A stretch of 64,000 nt of DNA from Eledone cirrhosa (lineage: Eukaryota), in the NCBI GenBank assembly GCA_964016885.1, contig OZ024741.1, positions 190,154,001 to 190,218,000 of the forward strand. Reading direction: 5' to 3'. This document shows, in pieces, positions 56,301 through 64,000 of the stretch. Position numbers and translations under genes: made by a program. Numbering within the stretch: position 1 is the first letter of the stretch; each line of letters begins with the position of its first letter. Under the pieces are notes generated by a model. The model had not been told where the DNA came from. It saw only the letters and a program-made list of their open reading frames with translations, and did not search any database.

Positions 56301-59300
56301 TAGACAACACACTAAAGTCTAAATGGCATGGTAGACCACATGCTAAAGTCTAAATGGCCTGGTAGAGCACACACTAAAGTCTAAATGGCCTGGTAGACCG
56401 CATGCTAAAGTCTAAATGGCCTGGTAGAGCACACACTAAAGTCTAAATGGCCTGGTAGACCACATGCTAAAGTCTAAATGGTCTGGTAGACGGTATGCTA
56501 AAGTCTAAATGGCCTGGTAGACCACACACTAAAGTCTAAATAGCCTGGTAGACCACATGCTAAAGTGTAAATGGTCTGGTAGACCGCATGCTAAAGTCTA
56601 AATGGCCTGGTAGATCGCATGCTAAAGTCTAAATAGCCTGGTAGACAACACACTAAAGTCTAAATGGCCTGGTAGACCGCATGCTAAAGTCTAAATAGCC
56701 TGGTAGACAACACACTGAAGTCTAAATGGCCTGGTAGAGCGCATGCTAAAGTCTAAATAGCCTGGTAGACAACACACTAAAGTCTAAATGGCCTGGTAGA
56801 CCGCATGCTAAAGTCTAAATAGCCTGGTAGACAACACACTAAAGTCTAAATGGCCTGGTAGACCGCATGCTAAAGTCTAAATAGCCTGGTAGACCACATG
56901 CTAAAGTCTAAATGGCCTGGTAGACCACACACTAAAGTCTAAATGGCCTGGTAGACCACACACTAAAGTCTAAATAGCCTGGTAGACCGCATGCTAAAGT
57001 CTAAATAGCCTGGTAGACCACATGCTAAAGTCTAAATGGCCTGGTAGACCGCATGTTAAAGTCTAAATGGCCTGGTAGACCGCATGCTAAAGTATAAATG
57101 GCCTGGTAGATCACACACTAAAGTCTAAATAGCCTGGTAGACCACATGCTAAAGTCTAAATGGCCTGGTAGACCACATACTAAAGTCTAAATGGTCTGGT
57201 AGACAGTATGCTAAAGTCTAAGTGGCCTGGTAGAGCACATGCTAAAGTCTAAATGGTCTGGTAGACAGTATGCTAAAGTCTAAATGGCCTGGTAGACCAC
57301 ATGCTAAAGTCTAAATGGTCTGGTAGACAGTATGCTAAAGTCTAAATGGCCTGGTAGACCACATGCTAAAGTCTAAATGGCCTGGTAGACCGCATGCTAA
57401 AGTCTAAATGGCCTGGTAAGCAACACACTAAAGTCTAAATGGCCTGGTAGACCACATGCTAAAGTCTAAATGGTCTGGTAGACAGTATGCTAAAGCCTAA
57501 ATGGCCTGGCAGATCGCATGCTAAAGTCTAAATAGCCTGGTAGACAACACACTAAAGTCTAAATGGCCTGGTAGACCGCATGCTAAAGTCTAAATGGCCT
57601 GGTAGACCGCATGCTAAAGTCTAAATGGCCTGGTAGACAACACACTAAAGTCTAAATGGCCTGGTAGACCGCATGGTAAAGTCTAAATGGCCTGGTAGAC
57701 AACACACTAAAGTCTAAATGGCCTGGTAGACCGCATGCTAAAGTCTAAATGGCCTGGTAGACCGCATGCTAAAGTCTAAAAGGCCTGGTAGACAACACAC
57801 TAAAGTCTAAATGGCCTGGTAGATCACATGCTAAAGTCTAAATGGTCTGGTAGACAGTATGCTAAAACCTAAATGGCCTGGTAGATCGCATGCTGAAGTC
57901 TAAATAGCCTGGTAGACAACACACTAAAGTCTAAATGGCATGGTAGACCGCATGCTAAAGTCTAAATGGCCTGGTAGACAACACACTAAAGTCTAAATGG
58001 CCTGGTAGACCACATGCTAAAGTCTAAATGGCCTGGTAGACCGCATGCTAAAGTCTAAATGGCCTGGTAGATCGCATGCTAAAGTCTAAATAGCCTGGTA
58101 GACAACACACTAAAGTCTAAATGTCCTGGTAGACCGCATGCTAAAGTCTAAATGGCCTGGTAGACAACACACTAAAGTCTAAATGGCCTGGTAGACCGCA
58201 TGCTAAAGTCTAAATGGCATGGTAGAGCACACACTAAAGTTTAAATGGCCTGGTAGACCGCATGCTAAAGTCTAAATGGCCTGGTAGAGCACACACTAAA
58301 GTCTAAATGGCCTGGTAGACCACATGCTAAAGTCTAAATGGTCTGGTAGACGGTATGCTAAAGTCTAAATGGCCTGGTAGCCCACACACTAAAGTCTAAA
58401 TAGCCTGGTAGACCACATGCTAAAGTGTAAATGGTCTGGTAGACCGCATGCTAAAGTCTAAATGGCCTGGTAGACCGCATGCTAAAGTCTAAAAGGCCTG
58501 GTAGACAACACACTAAAGTCTAAATGGTCTGGTAGACCGCATGCTAACTCTAAATGGCCTGGTAGACAACACACTAAAGTCTAAATAGCCTGGTAGACCA
58601 CATGCTAAAGTCTAAATGGTCTGGTAGACAGTATGCTAAAGCGTAAATGGCCTGGTAGATCGCATGCTAAAGTCTAAATAGCCTGGTAGACAACACACTA
58701 AAGTCTAAATGGCCTGGTAGACCGCATGCTAAAGTCTAAATGGCCTGGTAGACAACACACTAAAGTCTAAATGGCCTGGTAGACCACATGCTAAAGTCTA
58801 AATGGCCTGGTAGACCGCATGCTAAAGTCTAAATGGCCTGGTAGATCGCATGCTAAAGTCTAAATAGCCTGGTAGACAACACACTAAAGTCTAAATGTCC
58901 TGGTAGACCGCATGCTAAAGTCTAAATGGCCTGGTAGACAACACACTAAAGTTTAAATGGCCTGGTAGACCGCATGCTAAAGTCTAAATAGCCTGGTAGA
59001 GCACACACTAAAGTCTAAATGGCCTGGTAGACAACACACTAAAGTCTAAATGGCATGGTAGACCACATGCTAAAGTCTAAATGGCCTGGTAGAGCACACA
59101 CTAAAGTCTAAATGGCCTGGTAGACCGCTTGCTAAAGTCTAAATGGCCTGGTAGAGCACACACTAAAGTCTAAATGGCCTGGTAGACCACATGCTAAAGT
59201 CTAAATGGTCTGGTAGACGGTATGCTAAAGTCTAAATGGCCTGGTAGACCACACACTAAAGTCTAAATAGCCTGGTAGACCACATGCTAAAGTGTAAATG

Positions 59301-62300
59301 GTCTGGTAGACCGCATGCTAAAGTCTAAATGGCCTGGTAGATCGCATGCTAAAGTCTAAATAGCCTGGTAGACAACACACTAAAGTCTAAATGGCCTGGT
59401 AGACCGCATGCTAAAGTCTAAATAGCCTGGTAGACAACACACTAAAGTCTAAATGGCCTGGTAGAGCGCATGCTAAAGTCTAAATAGCCTGGTAGACAAC
59501 ACACTAAAGTCTAAATGGCCTGGTAGACCGCATGCTAAAGTCTAAATAGCCTGGTAGACAACACACTAAAGTCTAAATGGCCTGGTAGACCGCATGCTAA
59601 AGTCTAAATAGCCTGGTAGATCACATGCTAAAGTCTAAATGGCCTGGTAGACCACACACTAAAGTCTAAATGGCCTGGTAGACCACACACTAAAGTCTAA
59701 ATAGCCTGGTAGACCGCATGCTAAAGTCTAAATAGCCTGGTAGACCACATGCTAAAGTCTAAATGGCCTGGTAGACCGCATGTTAAAGTCTAAATGGCCT
59801 GGTAGACCGCATGCTAAAGTATAAATGGCCTGGTAGATCACACACTAAAGTCTAAATAGCCTGGTAGACCACATGCTAAAGTCTAAATGGCCTGGTAGAC
59901 CACATACTAAAGTCTAAATGGTCTGGTAGACAGTATGCTAAAGTCTAAATGGCCTGGTAGAGCACATGCTAAAGTCTAAATGGTCTGGTAGACAGTATGC
60001 TAAAGTCTAAATGGCCTGGTAGACCACATGCTAAAGTCTAAATGGTCTGGTAGACAGTATGCTAAAGTCTAAATGGCCTGGTAGACCACATGCTAAAGTC
60101 TAAATGGCCTGGTAGACCGCATGCTAAAGTCTAAATGGCCTGGTAAGCAACACACTAAAGTCTAAATGGCCTGGTAGACCACATGCTAAAGTCTAAATGG
60201 TCTGGTAGACAGTATGCTAAAGCCTAAATGGCCTGGCAGATCGCATGCTAAAGTCTAAATAGCCTGGTAGACAACACACTAAAGTCTAAATGGCCTGGTA
60301 GACCGCATGCTAAAGTCTAAATGGCCTGGTAGACCGCATGCTAAAGTATAAATGGCCTGGTAGACAACACACTAAAGTCTAAATGGCCTGGTAGACCGCA
60401 TGCTAAAGTCTAAATGGTCTGGTACACAGTATGCTAAAGCCTAAATGGCCTGGTAGATCGCATGCTGAAGTCTAAATAGCCTGGTAGACAACACACTAAA
60501 GTCTAAATGGCATGGTAGACCGCATGCTAAAGTCTAAATGGCCTGGTAGACAACACACTAAAGTCTAAATGGCCTGGTAGACCACATGCTAAAGTCTAAA
60601 TGGCCTGGTAGACCGCATGCTAAAGTCTAAATGGCCTGGTAGATCGCATGCTAAAGTCTAAATGGCATGGTAGAGCACACACTAAAGTTTAAATGGCCTG
60701 GTAGACCGCATGCTAAAGTCTAAATGGCCTGGTAGAGCACACACTAAAGTCTAAATGGCCTGGTAGACCACATGCTAAAGTCTAAATGGTCTGGTAGACG
60801 GTATGCTAAAGTCTAAATGGCCTGGTAGACCACACACTAAAGTCTAAATAGCCTGGTGGACCACATGCTAAAGTGTAAATGGTCTGGTAGACCGCATGCT
60901 AAAGTCTAAATGGCCTGGTAGATCGCATGCTAAAGTCTAAATAGCCTGGTTGACAACACACTAAAGTCTAAATGGCCTGGTAGAGCGCATGCTAAAGTCT
61001 AAATAGCCTGGTAGACAACACACTAAAGTCTAAATGGCCTGGTAGACCGCATGCTAAAGTCTAAATAGCCTGGTAGACAACACACTAAAGTCTAAATGGC
61101 CTGGTAGACCGCATGCTAAAGTCTAAATAGCCTGGTAGACCACATGCTAAAGTCTAAATGGCCCGGTAGACCACACACTAAAGTCTAAATGGCCTGGTAG
61201 ACCACACACTAAAGTCTAAATAGCCCGGTAGACAGCATGCTAAAGTCTAAATAGCCTGGTAGACCACATGCTAAAGTCTAAATGGCCTGGTAGACCGCAT
61301 CTTAAAGTCTAAATGGCCTGGTAGACCGCATGCTAAAGTATAAATGGCCTGGTAGACCACACACTAAAGTCTAAATAGCCTGGTAGACCACATGCTAAAG
61401 TCTAAATGGCCTGGTAGACCACATACTAAAGTCTAAATTGTCTGGTAGACAGTATGCTAAAGTATAAATGTCCTGGTAGAGCACATGCTAAAGTCTAAAT
61501 GGTCTGGTAGACAGTATGCTAAAGCCTAAATGGCCTGGTAGACCACATGCTAAAGTCTAAATGGTCTGGTAGACAGTATGCTAAAGTCTAAATGGCCTGG
61601 TAGACCACATGCTAAAGTCTAAATGGCCTGGTAGACCACATGCTAAAGTGTAAATGGTCTGGTAGACCACACACTAAAGTCTAAATGGCCTGGTAGACCG
61701 CATGTTAAAGTGTAAATGGCCTGGTAGATCGCATGCTAAAGTCTAAATAGCCTGGTAGACAACACACTAAAGTCTAAATGGCCTGGTAGACCGCATGCTA
61801 AAGTCTAAATGGCCTGGTAGACAACACACTAAAGTCTAAATGGCCTGGTAGACCACATGCTAAAGTCTAAATGGCCTCGTAGACCACATGCTAAAGTGTA
61901 AATGGTCTGGTAGACCACACACTAAAGTCTAAATGGCCTGGTAGACCGCATGCTAAAGTCTAAATGGCCTGGTAGACAACACACTAAAGCCTAAATGGTC
62001 TGGTAGACCGCATGCTAAAGTCTAAATGGCCTGGTAGACAACACACTAAAGTCTAAATGGCCTGGTAGACCGCATGCTAAAGTCTAAATGGCCTGGTAGA
62101 TCGCATGCTAAAGTCTAAATGGCCTGGTAGACAACACACTAAAGTCTAAATGGCCTGGTAGACCGCATGCTAAAGTCTAAATGGCCTGGTAAGCAACACA
62201 CTAAAGTCTAAATGGCCTGGTAGACCACATGCTAAAGTCTAAATGGTCTGGTAGACAGTATGCTAAAGCCTAAATGGCCTGGTAGATCGCATGCTAAAGT

Positions 62301-64000
62301 CTAAATGGCCTGGTAGACAACACACTAAAGTCTAAATGGCCTGGTAGACCGCATGCTAAAGTCTAAATGGCCTGGTAGACCGCATGCTAAAGTCTAAAAG
62401 GCCTGGTAGACAACACACTAAAGTCTAAATGGTCTGGTAGACCGCATGCTAAAGTCAAAATGGCCTGGTAGACAACACACTAAAGTCTAAATGGCCTGGT
62501 AGACCACATGCTAAAGTCTAAATGGTCTGGTAGACAGTATGCTAAAGCCTAAATGGCCTGGTAGATCGCATGCTAAAGTCTAAATAGCCTGGAAGACAAC
62601 ACACTAAAGTCTAAATGGTCTGGTAGACCGCATGCTAAAGTCTAAATGGCCTGGTAGACAACACACTAAAGTCTAAATGGCCTGGTAGACCACATGCTAA
62701 AGTCTAAATGGCCTGGTAGACCACATGCTAAAGTGTAAATGGTCTGGTAGACCACACACTAAAGTCTAAATGGCCTGGTAGACCGCATGCTAAAGTCTAA
62801 ATGGCCTGGTAGACAACACACTAAAGCCTAAATGGTCTGGTAGACCGCATGCTAAAGTCTAAATGGCCTGGTAGACAACACACTAAAGTCTAAATGGCCT
62901 GGTAGACCGCATGCTAAAGTCTAAATGGCCTGGTAGATCGCATGCTAAAGTCTAAATGGCCTGGTAGACAACACACTAAAGTCTAAATGGCCTGGTAGAC
63001 CGCATGCTAAAGTCTAAATGGCCTGGTAGACAACACACTAAAGTCTAAATGGCCTGGTAGACCGCATGCTAAAGTCTAAATGGCCTGGTAGACAACACAC
63101 TAAAGTCTAAATGGTCTGGCAGACTGCATGCTAAAGTCTAAATGGCCTGGTAGACAACAAACTAAAGTCTAAATGGCCTGGTAGACCGCATGCTAAAGTC
63201 TAAATGGCCTGGTAAGCAACACACTAAAGTCTAAATGGCCTGGTAGACCATATGCTAAAGTCTAAATGGTCTGGTAGACAGTATGCTAAAGCCTAAATGG
63301 CCTGGTAGATCGCATGCTAAAGTCTAAATAGCCTGGTAGACAACACACTAAAGTCTAAATGGCCTGGTAGACCGCATGCTAAAGTCTAAATGGCCTGGTA
63401 GACAACACACTAAAGTCTAAATGGCCTGGTAGACCGCATGCTAAAGTCTAAATGGCCTGGTAGACCGCATGCTAAAGTCTAAAAGGCCTGGTAGACAACA
63501 CACTAAAGTCTAAATGGTCTGGTAGACCGCATGCTAAAGTCTAAATGGCCTGGTAGACAACACACTAAAGTCTAAATGGCCTGGTAGACCACATGCTAAA
63601 GTCTAAATGGCCTGGTAGACCGCATGCTAAAGTCTAAATGGCCTGGTAGATCGCATGCCAAAGTCTAAATAGCCTGGTAGACAACACACTAAAGTCTAAA
63701 TGTCCTGGTAGACCGCATGCTAAAGTCTAAATGGCCTGGTAGACAACACACTAAAGTCTAAATGGCCTGGTAGACCGCATGCTAAAGTCTAAATGGCCTG
63801 GTAGAGCACACACTAAAGTCTAAATGGCCTGGTAGACAACACACTAAAGTCTAAATGGCATGGTAGACCACATGCTAAAGTCTAAATGGCCTGGTAGAGC
63901 ACACACTAAAGTCTAAATGGCCTGGTAGACCGCATGATAAAGTCTAAATGGCCTGGTAGACAACACACTAAAGTCTAAATGGCCTGGTAGACCGCATGCT
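17332..64000. repeat. 31-bp satellite array (about 46.7 kb, about 1,500 monomers, continues past the window), consensus TAAAGTCTAAATGGCCTGGTAGACCGCATGC
   Basis: Uninterrupted head-to-tail monomers with period 31. Variation is concentrated in the 7 nt after GTAGA, and stop codons on both strands preclude ORFs. Confidence 0.99.

Noticed and set aside
17332-64000. CRISPR-like array (constant repeat plus variable segment)
   Set aside because: The variable part is only about 7 nt and is drawn from a few related, recurring variants rather than unique spacers. There are no cas genes and the context is eukaryotic.
17332-64000. Repetitive protein-coding region
   Set aside because: Each monomer has TAA/TAG on the plus strand and two TAG on the minus strand, and the 31-bp period cycles them through all frames.

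Overview
Eukaryotic, AT-rich, repeat-dense genomic DNA. The tRNA-derived SINE families and microsatellite style suggest an octopus or other cephalopod (inference only). The single host coding feature is the first coding exon of an adenylosuccinate synthetase gene (minus strand, 7585-7334), with a small CpG-rich promoter patch and a first intron of more than 7 kb running off the left end. Positions 1-17.3 kb are otherwise SINEs, LINE remnants, a complete non-autonomous Helitron, an LTR-like element and a perfect 117-bp palindrome embedded in (TA)n, and a decayed Merlin (ISXO2/IS1016-like) DNA transposon. From about 17,332 to the end of the window (about 46.7 kb, about 1,500 monomers) lies a 31-bp satellite with nested higher-order structure (46-, 63-, 88- and about 470-monomer duplications, plus alternating A/B blocks). 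The best lead is that an inverted copy of the satellite monomer sits on the other side of the Merlin transposase remnant, which suggests the array grew out of that transposon's subterminal repeat. All offsets were counted by hand from rare variants and need computational confirmation.
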